Part shown: in pieces, positions 42,108 through 56,620 of the stretch | Position numbering within the stretch: position 1 is the stretch's first letter | How the letters are laid out: each line of letters opens with the position of its first letter | Assembly: GCA_951406725.2 (NCBI GenBank) | Contig: OX597830.1 | Coordinates: 50,158,001-50,222,000, forward strand | Length of the DNA stretch: 64,000 nucleotides | From: Octopus vulgaris | Taxonomy: Eukaryota | Direction: 5' to 3' | Translations under genes and position numbers: made by a program | Notes under the pieces: model-generated | The model's database searches: none | What the model was told of the DNA's origin: nothing | The model's input: only the letters and a program-made list of their open reading frames with translations

Positions 42108-43536
42108 CAGAGTGTTCGGGTTAAATCTTATGATTATTTAATTTCTCCTTTTATTGAGAACAGCTTCATCTGTTGGTGAATAGTCAATGGTGTTGGAGAA
42201 CATAAAAATTTTTAATTTGTAGTTGAGAAAAATTTAGCTGGTATGGAGAACTGGAATCCATCTGAACATTGGGAAAGAGTTACTTGTATAATGATGATTT
42301 GTGCTGGGTATCAAAATGCCGACTTCTCAACTGCTGTTCAGTGGTCTGTGAACATTAAAGATGGTAAGATGTGACATGAACAACATGAAAACCAAACTGT
42401 GAGTGTCTTCGGGTGTGTCTTCAGGGATGGTGACATCATGCTACACCACATTTTTGAACATAGCGAGGGGTATATGAAAAGTTTTGAGCCTAACCTAGAC
42501 CAAAGGAGCATTCAAAGATCTTCCCAGGGTCATAGACCAAAGGAGCATTCAAGACCAAGACCACATTATATTCAACCCCAGTGTATAACTGGTACTTAAT
42601 TTATCGACCTTGAACGGACGAAAGGCAAAGTCGACCTCAGCGGAATTTGAACTCAGAACGAAGCGGCAGACGAAATACCTATTTCTTTACTACTCACAAG
42701 GGGCTAAACACAGAGATGACAAACAAGGACAGACAGGGTCATAGTGAAGAATGCATGCTCCAGGTTCCAGAGCTGTCTTGAGGCCATAGTGGAAGCTGAG
42801 AATGGTTACTTTGAGTAGACTGTTATCTATTTGACATTTCTGCTAGGTAGCTGAAACAATTTTTTCTTGTAAATACAGTCTTTTAGGTGTATTCTTGCTC
42901 ATTTTCATGATTCTGATAATTTTTTTTTTTTTTATTACAGATTTTTGAATAAACAAGAGTCAAGGTTACAAGGAACCACCAAGGACAACATTGACCTTTC
43001 TCTTGGTATGATAATGCAAGATTGTCGAATATCATGTCACCTTAAGCTCAATTCAGATGGCTATGTGAATCTGCTGGAGACTGTGGTCAAACTCTGGCTG
43101 GAAAGGGTTGTTGCCGGAAAGCTATTTATGTGTAACAGCAGGATTTGGCTCTTTACCATATCTCCAGAAAGAGTCAGAAGTAGTTATTGGAGAATTTCAA
43201 TGATTTCACCAGCCCTAATTTCTCTCCTCTTCATTCTCCTGATTATGTTCCCATAGAATTACTATCTGTGGAGCAAAGTTGAGAAAGACACCAACCACTC
43301 TGCCTGCATCACCAAGCTTGAGCTGGTGACCAAGACCAAAGGAGCATTCAAAGATCTTCCCAGGGTCATAGTGAAGAATGCATGCTCCAGGTTCCAGAGC
43401 TGTCTTGAGGCCATAGTGGAAGCTGAGAATGGTTACTTTGAGTAGACTGTTATCTATTTGACATTTCTTCAATTTTTTCAAATACTTTATTTTTGAATGG
43501 GATATTGTTACTATCAAATTTATCCTGAACACGCAG
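42108..43536 (+). mobile_element. Decayed Tc1/mariner-superfamily DNA transposon (DD37D/maT-like), internally deleted and interrupted
   Basis: TA flanks; imperfect TIRs cagagtgttcgggttaaat / atttatcctgaacacgcag; transposase remnants VFGCVFRDGDIMLHHIFE (about 42405-42460) and LKLNSDGYVNLLETVVKLWLERV..QQD..ENFNDFTSPNFSPLHSPD..YYLWSKVEKDTN..KNACSRFQSCLEAIVEAENGYFE* (43041-43445). Confidence 0.85.
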
Positions 43537-43599
43537 TACACACACATATGTATATACGTTTATCATGTTCAATGTGTTAAAAGTGTATAAATTTTTGAT

Positions 43600-43734
43600 T
43601 TTGTTTATAATTTTTATAATAGTTTTCATAATTTTATTTTCATTCCCGTTGGATCCCATTTTCAAAAGTGATTTTCAAAAAAACGATATGTCTGATTTTG
43701 CTAAAATACACAGTTAATTCTGGGACACACTGTA
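43600..43734. mobile_element. Right end of a second Tc1-like element
   Basis: Ends gttaattctgggacacactg-TA (TIR cagtgtgtcccagaa). Confidence 0.45.
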
Positions 43735-44014
43735 TGTCCCACAAGCTGGAGATATCAAACAGCATTGTCAGGAATGGTAGCAGCTTCTCTTGAAGCTGAG
43801 ATAATTGCATCACATCTCACCTAGAAGGCTTTGCCTTTTGCTCTTCGGGGAAAAAGAGATAGTTACTGATCAATAAGTAAGATAAGCGTGCATATGTGTA
43901 TATGTGTGTGGATCATATCTATGATAGATATATGTCTATGTGTGTGTGTGTGTGTATGAGTGAATACATATATGATTATATGTTTATAAGCGCATGAAAG
44001 AGTATATATATATA

Positions 44015-44332
44015 TAATAAAATATTAGGGAATAAATCCAAACTTACAGGGAAAAATCAGATTTAGGATTAAATCCAATTTTATAGTAAAATATTATATT
44101 ATATTAAATTAGAGATAAAACCACTATTAGGCAAATCAAACAATGAAAAACATAAGCCAATACATAAAATTAATTAATTTATATTATTTTAAATATATAT
44201 CAAAAGTATTATCTTTTTATTAAACTTTTAATACTTTTGATATATATTTAAAATAATATAAATTAGTTAATTTTATGTATTGGCTTATGTTTTTCATTGT
44301 TTGATTTGCCTAATAGTGGTTTTATCTCTAAT

Positions 44333-44339
<7 letters not shown>
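44015..44339 (-). repeat. Palindrome with 111-bp arms and a one-sided extension, in (TA)n
   Basis: 44101-44211 / 44229-44339 (1 mismatch seen); extension 44015-44100 is related (reverse complement) to the insert at 36755-36838. Confidence 0.9.
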
Positions 44340-44380
<41 letters not shown>

Positions 44381-45891
44381 TGTAAATAACAACTAAATTT
44401 CTCTCTTGTTAGACTCTGTTGTCTCAAAATTGGAAACACACTTCAGGTAACATAATCCTAGATACAATGTCTGAATAACATGGAATGGTCACATCTAGAA
44501 AGTCTTTGACCATAGGTCTGATCAGTCATGGCTGATCTGGAGCTAAACAAGAACTGTTGCCATTAGAACCATTGTCTGTCATTATAACACCCACCTGCAC
44601 AGCCAATCCTTCTGTCACTTATACTATCACCAACACCCTGTTCACCACAACTACAACGTCTACCACTAGTGCCAACACCAATTCCACTATGTCCACAACA
44701 ATAACTTCCACCACTAATACTAGTATGAACACCACAATTATGACCTCTTCATATTTACTACTACTACAATCACCACCATAGCCACCACCACAACCACCAC
44801 CACCACCGTTATAACTTTAACAACTAATGCTACTACCACCACCAACATCACAGGTGTAAATTCTACCCATCACTGTTCCTACCGATTATTAACCACCACC
44901 ACAACTGTAACCTCAACCACAAACACCACCACAGCTATCATCAGGAATTATTACCACCACTACAAATGTAATCGGTGTCATTAGTACACCATGACTACCA
45001 CCACAGCTGCTATATTACCAACACCACACCGAACACTATGGTTATTCACAAAACTACCTCTTTCTATTTACAAGTGAAATATCTCGATAGCACTGCTAAC
45101 ACACACACACATACACACACACATGCCCACATACGCACATACTCTCTCATACATATCCTCAAACACACACACACACTCCTACACATACACACACACTCTC
45201 TCTCTCTCTCTTTCATACACAATTCTCTCTCAGCCCCACTTTCTCACTCTCTTTAACACACACAAGCACACTCTCTCTCTCTCACACACACACACACATT
45301 CTCTCTCTCTCTGTCCCACGAACACATACACACAACCCCTTCTCTCTCTCTCCCTCATACACACACACACACACACTCTCTCTATCTCTCTCCCTTATAC
45401 ATGCATACTTTCTATCTCTCACACACACTCTCTCCCTCAAACACGCACAGACCATTAACTTACCTTATCAAGGCATTATTTACCGACAGTTTTTGATGTT
45501 AATTCTAATCAAAGTATTAATTCATTAAGTGATCTCCAATAATCCTTAATACAATCAATGAGATCCTGTAGCTCTCTTGTGCCTGTTTTACAATATAAGC
45601 CAAAATCACAGTTAATTGACTCTTCATTCCCTGCACACACAACACACACACACACACAGAGTCACATTTTATATCATCATCATCATCATCATCATTGTCA
45701 TCAACACTGTTTTAATATTCACTTTCCATGCTTGCAATGGGACAGGCTGAGTATACTGAGGCAGAATATCTACAATTGAATGCCTTTCCTGTCACTAACC
45801 CTCCACTGTTTCCCAGCTGGGTGATATTTCTCCATCGCCAGATATGTCTGTGCAGAATGAATGAAATGAAGGACAATGGTACTGACACATA

Positions 45892-46308
45892 ATACCTATT
45901 TCTTTACTACCCACAAGGGGCTAAACATAGAGGGGACAAACAAGGACAGACAAATGGATTAAGTCGATTATATCGACCCCAGTACATAACTGGTACTTAT
46001 TTAATGAACCTCGAAAGGATGAAAGGCAAAGTTGACCTCGGAGGAATTTGTACTCAGAACATAGCGGCAGACGAAATACCTATTTCTTTACTACCCACAA
46101 GGGGCTAAACACAGAGAGGACAAACAAGGACAGATGAACGGATTAACTCCATTATACTGACCCCAGTGCGTAACTGGTACTTATTTAATCGACCCCGAAA
46201 GGATGAAAGGCAAAGTCAACCTTGGTGGAATTTGAACTCAGAATGTAGTGGCAGATGAAATATCGCTAAGCATTTCACCCAGCGCGCCAACATTTCTGCC
46301 AGCTCGTC
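45892..46308 (-). mobile_element. SINE family B head-to-tail multimer
   Basis: Units start at 45897 and 46081 (184-bp period); junction gcagacgaaatacc|tatttctttac; junction remnant aatacc also at 45891. Confidence 0.85.
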
Positions 46309-46473
46309 AAGACAAGGAGACACACACACACACATAGAGGATGGGATTCTATTAGTTTCCGACAACCAAAATTACTCACAAGGCTTTGGTTTACCCGGAG
46401 CTATAGTAGAAAAACACTTGCCCAAGGAGCCAAGATCCTGTATATTCATAAAATTTTTATCTTTTACTTATTT

Positions 46474-46790
46474 GCGCTGGGCCTCATGGAGGCAATGACA
46501 CATGACCTAGGCCTTTGGCGAAATGTTGTGCTTGACAAGAAGACCCATCAAACCAAGTGAAATTGTAGTCGTAGCAGATATTGGTGTTGTGCAACTGGTA
46601 CCCAAGTGGCATGTAAAAGCACCCATTACACACTTGGAGTGGTTGGCATTAGGAAGGACATCCAGTCATATTAATCATGCCAAATCAAACTGGAGTCTGG
46701 TGCAGCCTCTCAGCTTACCAGCCCTGGTCAAACCATCCAATCCATGCTAGCATGAACAACAGATGTTAAATGATGACGTCGATGATGATA
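46474..46790 (+). mobile_element. RTE-clade LINE 3' end: ORF C-terminus, 3'UTR and (GAT)n tail (parent of family C)
   Basis: 46477-46560 = LGLMEAMTHDLGLWRNVVLDKKTHQTK*, like the RTE terminal LxxxxAxDRxxWRxxV motif. Confidence 0.65.
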
Positions 46791-47941
46791 TTTCAGTCAT
46801 TGGTTTCAGATTTTGGCACAAGGCCAGCAGTTTCAGGGAAGGAGCTAAGTTGATTACAACAATCTCAGGGCTCAACTGGTACTTATTTTATTGACCCCGA
46901 AAGGGATGAAGGAGAAAGCCATCCTCAACAACATTTGAACTCAGAATGTAAAGATAAATGAAATGTGGCTTAGCATTTTGCCTGGCATGCTAACAATTCT
47001 GCCAGCTCACCACTTCAATAATAATAATAATAATAATAATGATAATAATATTTTCTAAGTAATCCTTTCTCACCTAGCAAAATCCTCAAATGTCCATAAA
47101 ATGAAAACCTTACATAGGAGCTGAACTTATAAGGACTGACTAGGTACAAGAACTATTTAACATAGGAAAAATTTCAAGCAATTTGAAAGACACTACCTTT
47201 GAAGTATGGTTCACTTTCATGCTAGAACGCCCCCTGGGTGACAATAGAGTGGACTCCACTAAATATACCTAACAACCAGGCGGTGGTGCTAAATGAGATG
47301 GCAACAAGTTCATCCAAAAGGTATCGTAGGACCAGGTAGAGGAGTTAAACTGGGTTACAACAGGGTGGACTCCACTAAATGCTAAAAGCACCCAGAGGTG
47401 CGATGGTGGTAATGGTGGTGATGGTTTTAACCCAAGTGATGAATTAAGTCTACAACCAAAGAAAAGGAATGGTCCCAACAACACATATCCACCCAGCTCC
47501 ATTTTGGTTAAATGGAGGGGTTATGTTGGAAGACATCTGTCTCAAGTGCTGCCCTCTGTGATCAAATCCAAAAGCATATAATCACAAAACGAATATCAGG
47601 GACCATGATTTTAACAAGAAATGGTTTATAATAAACCATGATGTATGTTATAGAGTGTGATATAATAAATATTTATATTGATAATAATGACATAATTAGT
47701 CATTGATTGACCAGTTAATTATCAGTTATAGAGGAGACATACAGACAGACAAAATATATTTAATGAAGGTCACAGAGGGTTAAATGAACAAGAACATTTG
47801 TAATTGAACATCTGACATAACTTTCAGTCTTGGAAACAGATGAAGAAAATGGTAATAAAAGAATGGTAATGATAGAATGGTTTAATGAAGAGAACGCTAC
47901 AATGGTTGCGATGAAGTGATTTCTGAAAACAATAGTAAAAT

Positions 47942-47985
<44 letters not shown>

Positions 47986-48195
47986 GCAATGGAATTGTTT
48001 TATGTACAGGAATAGGTTGAGAAAGCACAAGGATAAATTATACTAAACCTTTCAACCAAAAGAACATTACCAAGCTATGTCCGCTCTCAGCTACTACTAC
48101 TACTACAACTTCTTCTGCTCATTTCAGTCTCTGGTCTCCAAACCTAGCCATCCAAACCTCTATCACATACAACTGCTACATACATACATATATAT

Positions 48196-48391
48196 CTCAT
48201 GATAGATTGTTAGCCACTACACAAATTTTTCTCCCCTTGTTTCTGTTCTTGTTTTTTTTTTTGTGTCCCTTTTTGTAGAAGAGCGTAGGCTCGAAACGTA
48301 AAAGACTTTATGTTCCTGAGCATTATACTAATACATCTGTTTGTTTGTACTCCACCTGCCTTCGTCTTTTGTTTTTTTCGTAAACTCTCCC
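48196..48391 (+). mobile_element. Penelope-like terminal fragment with a degenerate hammerhead, flanked by TA repeats
   Basis: cttt-ttgtaga-a-GAGC-gtag-GCTC-GAA-ACGT-A-aaag at 48269-48304. Confidence 0.5.
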
Positions 48392-50005
48392 TATATATAT
48401 ATATATATATATATATATTTGCATGTGTATGTGTGTGTGTGTGTACCTTTCATCTCTTAACTGTTTAAGGTCCCTGGACTGCTTTCATGCTGGGGCACCT
48501 CCTTGAAGGGTTTTGATTTAGTGAACTGGCCCCAGAACTAGTTTTTAAAACCTAGCACTTATTCTATCAATCTCTTGTGCCAAACTGCTAGGTTACAGGG
48601 ATGCAAACAAACCAGCACTGGTTGTAAAGCTAATGTAGGGGGAAAACACAAGGAGACACACACACACATACACACACACACACACACACACAATAGCTTC
48701 TTTCAGTTTCATTCTATTAAATCCACACAAAAAGTTTTGGTTGGCCCAGGGTCATAGTAAAAGACACCAGTCCAAGGTACCACAAAGCACTTGGGACTAT
48801 ATGGTCAGAAAGCAAACTTCTTACCAAACAGCCTCATTTATATATATATATACATATATATGTTGTGCATGGGTATATCTGAGACAGCCTTCGGTCATGA
48901 CTGACCATGGGATTGCACCTAGAAAGTTACCCTCCTGGGCACGAGTCTGGGCAAGGTTGTTTATGGAAGACCAGCAGTTGCCCATGCATACTGGCCTCCC
49001 CTCTCCACGCCACCAGTGTTATCCAAGGGACAAGGCAAGGGCCAATACAGCTTGGCACCTGTGACGTCGCAACTCATTTCTACATGCCCACATGTGACAA
49101 AATTTTTGTTACATTTTTGGTCCCCCCAAGAATACAGATAGAGCTTGCTTTCTATATTATGTCCCAAAAAGTTTTTTATCGCATTATACCTATTATTTTT
49201 TCATATATTTTTATATTTTTACACATAATAATTTTTTCTGTACTCTTCCATCCTGCATTTTTTCTTGTGCCTATATAGACGTGTATATAGATTCATTTGT
49301 ACGCGTGTGTGAATATGTATGAGTGGGCGGGTATGTATGTATATAGATGTGTGCGTGTGTGTGGGCATAAGAATACATATATACATAGATGTTTTTACTT
49401 AGTATTTTTACAATTTTTTCGGTTATTTGGGGCGTATGTATATGTGTGTGTGTGTATGCGTATATAAACATGTGCGGGTATGTGTGCATAAGGGCATGTC
49501 CATATATGAACGTGGTTTTACACTTTGTATACTTCCTTGTTTTTTTTCTGTATTGTTGTTTTTTTCTGTATTGTTACTGTTAACCTTGTTTTTTCTTGTT
49601 CTTGTGAGTATATAGATGTATGTATGAACCTTTATGGTACGCGTGTGTGTGTATGAGTTTGTATATATATATGCATATAAACATATACAGAAGCACATAC
49701 GCACACATATATACAAATATGAGAATAAATTTTGTTTTACTTCAATCTTATTTTATTCCATGAACATAAATTTTATTTCCCTTTTACTTTCTTTTATTCA
49801 TTATGTTCCTCTATTCTTATAGACTATAACCAATATTCATGATTATTATTACTTTTCTTATGAAAGCCTCTTGGATAATTATTAATTATCGGTTATTCTT
49901 TACTTGAAAGCAAGAAACACCAAAATCACCAAAGGTTTCAAGTGGTGCCTTCTCCTGTGACTCAAGGAGACAATGCTCTCCTTAGAATGCGAGCTGTATG
50001 CAACA

Positions 50006-50050
<45 letters not shown>

Positions 50051-50051
50051 G

Positions 50052-50577
50052 ACGAGCTGGCAGAATCGTTAGCACGCCAGGTGAAATACTTAACGGTATT
50101 TCGTCTGCCGTTACGTTCTGAGTTCAAATTCCGCCGAGGTTGACTTTGCCTTTCATCCTTTTGGGGTCGATTAAATAAGTACCAGTTATGCACTGGGGTT
50201 GATATAATTGACTTAATCCATTTGTCTGTCCTTGTTTGTCCTCCCTGTTTGTAGCAAGAAAGATTTTAATACCCTATTGGATTTTTCTTAAATTTTACCT
50301 ATAAAAGTGTAAACTTGCTAGTCACTTTCTTATTATCATTATTATTATTATTAATTATAACGGTAAGGCATTGAGTTGGCAGAATCATTAGCATGGTGGG
50401 TGAAATGCTTAGCAGTATTTCATCTGCCACTATGGTCTGAATTTATATTCCGCCAAATCAGCTTTGCCTTTCATCCTTTCGGGGTCGATAAATTAAGTAC
50501 CAGTTGCATACTGGGGTCGATCTAATTGACTGGCCCCTTCCCCAAAAATTTCAGGCCTTGTGCTTAGAGTAGAAAAG

Positions 50578-50580
<3 letters not shown>
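50052..50580 (+). mobile_element. Two SINE family B copies flanked by (ATT)n
   Basis: gagctggcagaatcgttagc...gagttcaaattcc...gactttgcctttcatcctt..ggggtcgat. Confidence 0.85.
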
Positions 50581-50613
<33 letters not shown>

Positions 50614-50802
50614 GAATTAAAAATGAAAGTAATAATTTTAATGCATGCGTGTACACATGCACATATACATACACATATAATAAACATGACTGCATATTCT
50701 GAGCATTCCAAACATGTCCTAGAGTAATCCTTGTACTGTCCTTTGTACACCCTGAAGATTTTCCTTACAATGTATTTAAAATGCACAATTATATATTTAT
50801 AT

Positions 50803-51123
50803 ATGAACGACCATGGGATTGCACCCAGAATGTTACCCTCCAAGGCACAAGTCAGGGCAAGATTGTTTATGGAAGGCCAGCAGTCGCCCATTCATACCTG
50901 CCTCCCCTCTCCAACCACTGATGTGTATCCAAGGGAAAAAGACAAAAGGCTGATACAGCTTGGCACCAATGACATCGCAACTCATTTCTACAGCTGGGTG
51001 AACTGGAGCAACGTGAAATAAATTGTCTTGCTCAAGAACACAACAGACAGCCCAGTCCCGGAATTGAACTCACAATCTCACGATTGTAAGCTTGACGCTC
51101 AAACCACTGAGCCATGTGCCTTC
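50803..51123 (-). mobile_element. tRNA-derived SINE family E
   Basis: Minus-strand head gaaggcacatggctcagtgg..gagttcaattcc; homologous to 4310-4622 and 48885-49085. Confidence 0.85.
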
Positions 51124-51552
51124 CCACATATTTATATATATATATGTATGTATATATATATGTATATATACACACACACACACAGTATAAATAGAAATGC
51201 ATAGAAGGATATGTATAATAATTTATATACACTGATACTTGCTAGCAGTCAGAACACACCAATCTACACACACATAGCTTATACACACACACACACATCA
51301 ATACACTCATATGCACACACTGCAAAAAATCATACACCCACACATGCACACATTCCCTCCCACACTTACATACACATTTCCTCCCCACTTCCACACACAC
51401 ACACACACACACACACATCTAGGCCAACAACTTTGTTTACATGAGCAGAATTAATTTTTTTGAAATAGATTTTGTTTTCGTTTTTGTCTTTTTTTTTTAA
51501 TCTATCAGTTTGGATAAAAACAACTTTTCCTTTTTATTTTCTTATTTGTATA

Positions 51553-51595
<43 letters not shown>

Positions 51596-51714
51596 GCACA
51601 CGTTCATAAGTATGTAATGTAAATCTCTATATATATGCATGCACATGCATATATGCATATACGTGTGTGAATGGTTTATAATTAAGTCTGTGTATAAATC
51701 ATAGTAAGTATATA

Positions 51715-51824
<110 letters not shown>

Positions 51825-53159
51825 CACACAAGAACAAATATATATATATTCTTTTATTTGTTTCAGTCATTTGACTGTGGCCATCCTGGAGCACTGCCTT
51901 TAGTTGAACAAATCAACACCAGGACTTATTCTTCGTAAGCATAGTACTTATTCTATCAGTCTCTTCTGCCGAACTGCTAAGTTACGGGGACATAAACACA
52001 TCAACATTGGTTGTCAAGCGATGGTAGGGGGACAAACACAGATATACAAACACACACACACATACACACATATATATATATACGACGGGCTTCTTTCAGT
52101 TTCCCCTCGACCAAATCCACTCACAAGGCTTTGATCGGCCCAAGGCTATAGTAGAAGATGCTTGCCCAAGGTGCCATGCAGTGGGACTGAACCTGAAACT
52201 ATGTGGCTGGGAAGCAAGCTTCTTACCACACAGCCATGCCTGTGCCAATATATAATCTATTATTTTTTATTTGTTTCAGCCATTAGACTATGGCCATGCT
52301 GGGGCTCCACCTTCAAGAATTTTTTTGTCAAATGAATCAAACCCAGGACTTATTTCATTTTTTAAAACCTGGTACTTATTATATCGTTCTCTTATGCCAA
52401 ACCGCTAAGTTACAGGGTTGTAAACACACCAGCACTAGTTGTCAAACAGTGGTGGGAGACAAACACAGACACAAACAAACCCACAAATATATATATGATG
52501 GGTTTCTTTCAGGTTCCATCTACTATCCACTCACAAGGGTTTTGGTCAGCCTGAGGCTATAGTAGAAGGAAATTGCCCAAGATGCCATGCAGTGGGACTG
52601 AACTCAAAGTCATGTGGTTGAGAAGCAAGTTTCTTACCACACAACAATGCCTGCACCAGTGGGTATGGCTGCTTGCTTCTCAACCACATGGTTCTGGGTT
52701 CAGTCCTACTGAGTAACACCTTGGGCAAGTGTCTTCTACTATAGCCTTGGGACGATTAAAACCTTGTAAGTGGATTTGGTAGATGGAAACTGAAAGAAGC
52801 CTGTCTTATATAGATATATATAGATATATACATATACACACACATATATATTTATACATGTATATATATATATCTATCTTTATTTGTCTCTGTGTCTATG
52901 TCTGTCCCCACCCTCACCACTTGAAAATCGGTGCAGGTGTGTTTATCTCCCTATAACTTAGCAGTTTGGCAAAAGAAACCAATAGAACAAGTGCTAAAAA
53001 TCCTTCAAGGCGGTGCTCCAGCATGGCTGCAGTCAAATGACTGAAACAAGTAAAAGAATAAGTGTTTATTAGGAATTGGAATCACAAAATTGTGAAAACT
53101 CTTTGTGTATTGCTGAAGTACAACCAATTTATTGCAGATAAATTTAAACAAGAAAACCT

Positions 53160-53208
53160 TACACGGACCCCCTAAGGGTCATTCATGGACCCCAGTTGAG
53201 AACCACCG
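53160..53208. mobile_element. hAT-type MITE terminal fragment
   Basis: ggaccccagttgagaaccaccg resembles the CAGTGGTTCTCAAC hAT terminus; repeated ggaccc subterminal motif. Confidence 0.5.
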
Positions 53209-53630
53209 CTCTAGATACACCATTTATGAATAAAAGACAAATTGGTCATGGCTGGAATATCTTTGGTCATCAGTCTACTGGATTGGGGTTGACCTAGGGT
53301 TAAACAACATCATGACAGCAATAACAAGTTACGTACATATGCGTTAGAAAGGGCATCATTGGCGTTAGGAAGAGCATCCAGCTGTAGAAACACTGCCAGG
53401 TCAAACTGGAGCGTGGTGCAGCCTCCTGGCTTCCCAGATCCCGGTTGGACCGTCCAACCCATGCTAGCATGGAAAGCGGACGTTAAACGATGATGAGGAT
53501 CATGATGATGATTTTCAACCGTACATACACATGCTTCACAAATACTTATACATACATACATTAATATATCATACACATAAGCTAATACTTACACAGACCA
53601 TATTACTTAGATATACAGACCACAATGCTT

Positions 53631-53673
<43 letters not shown>

Positions 53674-53973
53674 CATACCACAATGCTGATATATACACAC
53701 ACACTATACATACAGACGTACACCTCAGTACTTATACATCTTACATCACAGGTACACATATATCACAATCTTTAGAAAACACACATATACATTCTACATT
53801 ATACACACATAATACTTACAAACACACACATTCTAGACCATACATACACATGTGCTACAACACTTACGCACACATTCACTCATCCTACACCATACATATA
53901 CATACTTAGCTTCAAATCTATAAGATGCAAGCTACATACAGAAGAATTACAATGTAAACACACACTACACCAC

Positions 53974-54050
<77 letters not shown>

Positions 54051-54561
54051 TTTACATAGACCAATACGGAAAGCAGTCACACATGACTGCATCTTTAGTT
54101 CAACCCAGAACTCTAATGTCAATTTATCAAATTTTATATGAAGACCAAACCACAATTGTAACCAGGAACCATTGGCCTGAAGAAAGTCTTTGACATGGTG
54201 CCATGTTTTGTGGTCTGGTGGTTGCAAAGAGTACTATATGGAAATGATAAAGTCGGTGGCATGTAAAAAGCACCAACCGATCGTGGGCGTTGCCAGCCTC
54301 CCCTGGCACCTATGCCGGTTGCACGTAAAAAGCACCAACTGATCGTGGCCATTGCCAGCCTCCTCTGGCACCTGTGCTGGTGGCACGTAAAAAGCACCCA
54401 CTACACTCATGGAGCGGTTGGCATTAGGAAGGGCATCCAGCTGTAGAAACACTGCCAGATCAGACTGGAGCCTGGTGCAGCCTCCTGGCTCCCCAGACCC
54501 TGGTCGAACTGTCCAACCCATGCCAGCATGGAAAACGGATGTTAAACGATGATGATGATGA

Positions 54562-54740
54562 TATATGGATATACAAGATGCAGTAAGTTAAATGAGGAAC
54601 TTAACATGCATGTCGGTGTCCATCGAGGTTCATGTCTGAATCCTGTTTATTAAAGTCATCCGTGCTATAACAGAACAATTTCAGACATAAGTATCCATGG
54701 CAACTTGTGTGTGTTGATGATCGGCTGATATCAGTCGGCA
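54562..54740 (+). mobile_element. Highly decayed RTE reverse transcriptase fragment
   Basis: EELNMHVGVHRGSCLNP..FIKVIRAITEQFQT..PWQLVCVDD (with frameshifts), corresponding to VGVHQGSVLSPLLF...PWELLYADD. Confidence 0.65.
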
Positions 54741-56404
54741 TCAGTCATCAAACAAATGCCACCTAGAAAGAAATCCAGGCAACAGCTGAGAGCGACGATC
54801 ACTGGATATGGCCGAAAAAGAATGATGAAACCTAGCTGGAAATGTCATGTGAGGGTATGGAGGCAGGTATTTGTTTGCCTACATAACAAGTCAGACTCAC
54901 ACATAGGTTCACAATTTGGATGGGGGTGAAGATCCTGAAATGGACTTAAGATCAAATACTAGTTAGTCAATCCAGTAGGTTGCACCTTAATGGTAATAAT
55001 AATCCTTTCTACTATAGGCGCAAGGCTTGAAATTTCGGGAGAAGGTTTAAGTCAACCACATCGACCCTAGTACTCAAGTGGTTATTGTTTTATTGGCCCC
55101 GAAAGGATGAAATGCAAAGTCAACCCTGGCAGCTTTTGAACTCAGTATGTAAAGACATGAAACACTGCAAAGGATTTTGTCTGATGTGCCAATGATTCTG
55201 CCAGCTTGTAGCTTAATGATGATGATGATGATGATGATGATGGTGATGGTGATTATGATGATGACGATGATGATATCGTTTATGTACAAGGCCAGTAGTT
55301 TTAAGGAGAGGGTGGTAGTTGAATAAATCAGTCTCACTCCTTCATTTGTACTTTATTTCATGAGCCGTGATGGGATGGAAGGCAAAGTTGACCTCAGCTG
55401 GATTTGAACCAAAAGTGTGAAAAACCAGAAGAAATCCCGCAATCTACTTACCCCACCCCCCACCACCACCACCGTTATCATCATCATCATCATTGATTTA
55501 GAATCATCACTATATATTTAAAAAAAATAAAAGACTTATGCATGATGGTGGTAGTAGTGGTAGGAGATGGTTGGAAGTGGGGATAATAATGAGGATAATG
55601 ATGGGGTTACTGATGATGATGATGCTGGTGGTGGTGGTGATGATGATGATGACAGTGATGATAATGATGATGATGGTGGTGATGACGGTGCTGGTGGTGA
55701 TGATAATGATGAAGATGTTGACAGCAGAGATGATGTTGATTTTAATGGTGATGATGGTACAGGTTAACGAAGGTGATGATGATAATGATTTTGTCATAAT
55801 GATGATGATGATGATGATTTCATCAACGAGTGATGATCCAAGCAAAAGAGTTAGTCATCATAAACAACAGAGCTGGGTGGTGTAGGTAGGTTGGTTTGGA
55901 ATAGTTTGGTGGTGGCGGTGGTGGTGATGTTGATGGTGGTGGTGGTGGTGGTGGGAAGCGATGTTCAGGTGATGGTGTTAGGTGGAAGAGATGGGTGTGT
56001 GAAGGTGAAGTGACAGTGTGATGAGGTGGCAAGGATGTAGGGATGCGGGATGTGGGAGGGTGTGGTAGGAAACATAGCGTGGCATAGCAGTAGGGGTGGT
56101 AGTAACGCTGGTGGTAGTGGTGGTGGTGGTGGTGGTGGTGGTGATGCTGTAAGGTGACATGGTGCGATTGTTGGTGGGGTGGGGGGTTAGTATGGGAGGA
56201 TGGGGGATGGGGATGATGTGATGATGTTAACACCAGCGTTAGAAATGGAAGGAAGATGTTTTCCGCCGCCATCAGCGATAGAATATAATAATTTCCTTCT
56301 TTAAGATTCAAAGAGGAAATTAAAAGGTCTGTAGAAGTTGAGAAGCAGAGAAGGAAGATGGTAACCCTACACACACACACTATATATATATATATATATG
56401 TGTG

Positions 56405-56453
<49 letters not shown>

Positions 56454-56506
56454 ATATGTCTATGTATATATATATATATATATATATGTGCATATATGTA
56501 TATATA

Positions 56507-56552
<46 letters not shown>

Positions 56553-56566
56553 TATATGTATATATA

Positions 56567-56620
<54 letters not shown>

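Noticed and set aside
47760-47926. Strong minus-strand acceptor (tattgttttcag)
   Set aside because: No convincing donor downstream, so no exon can be defined
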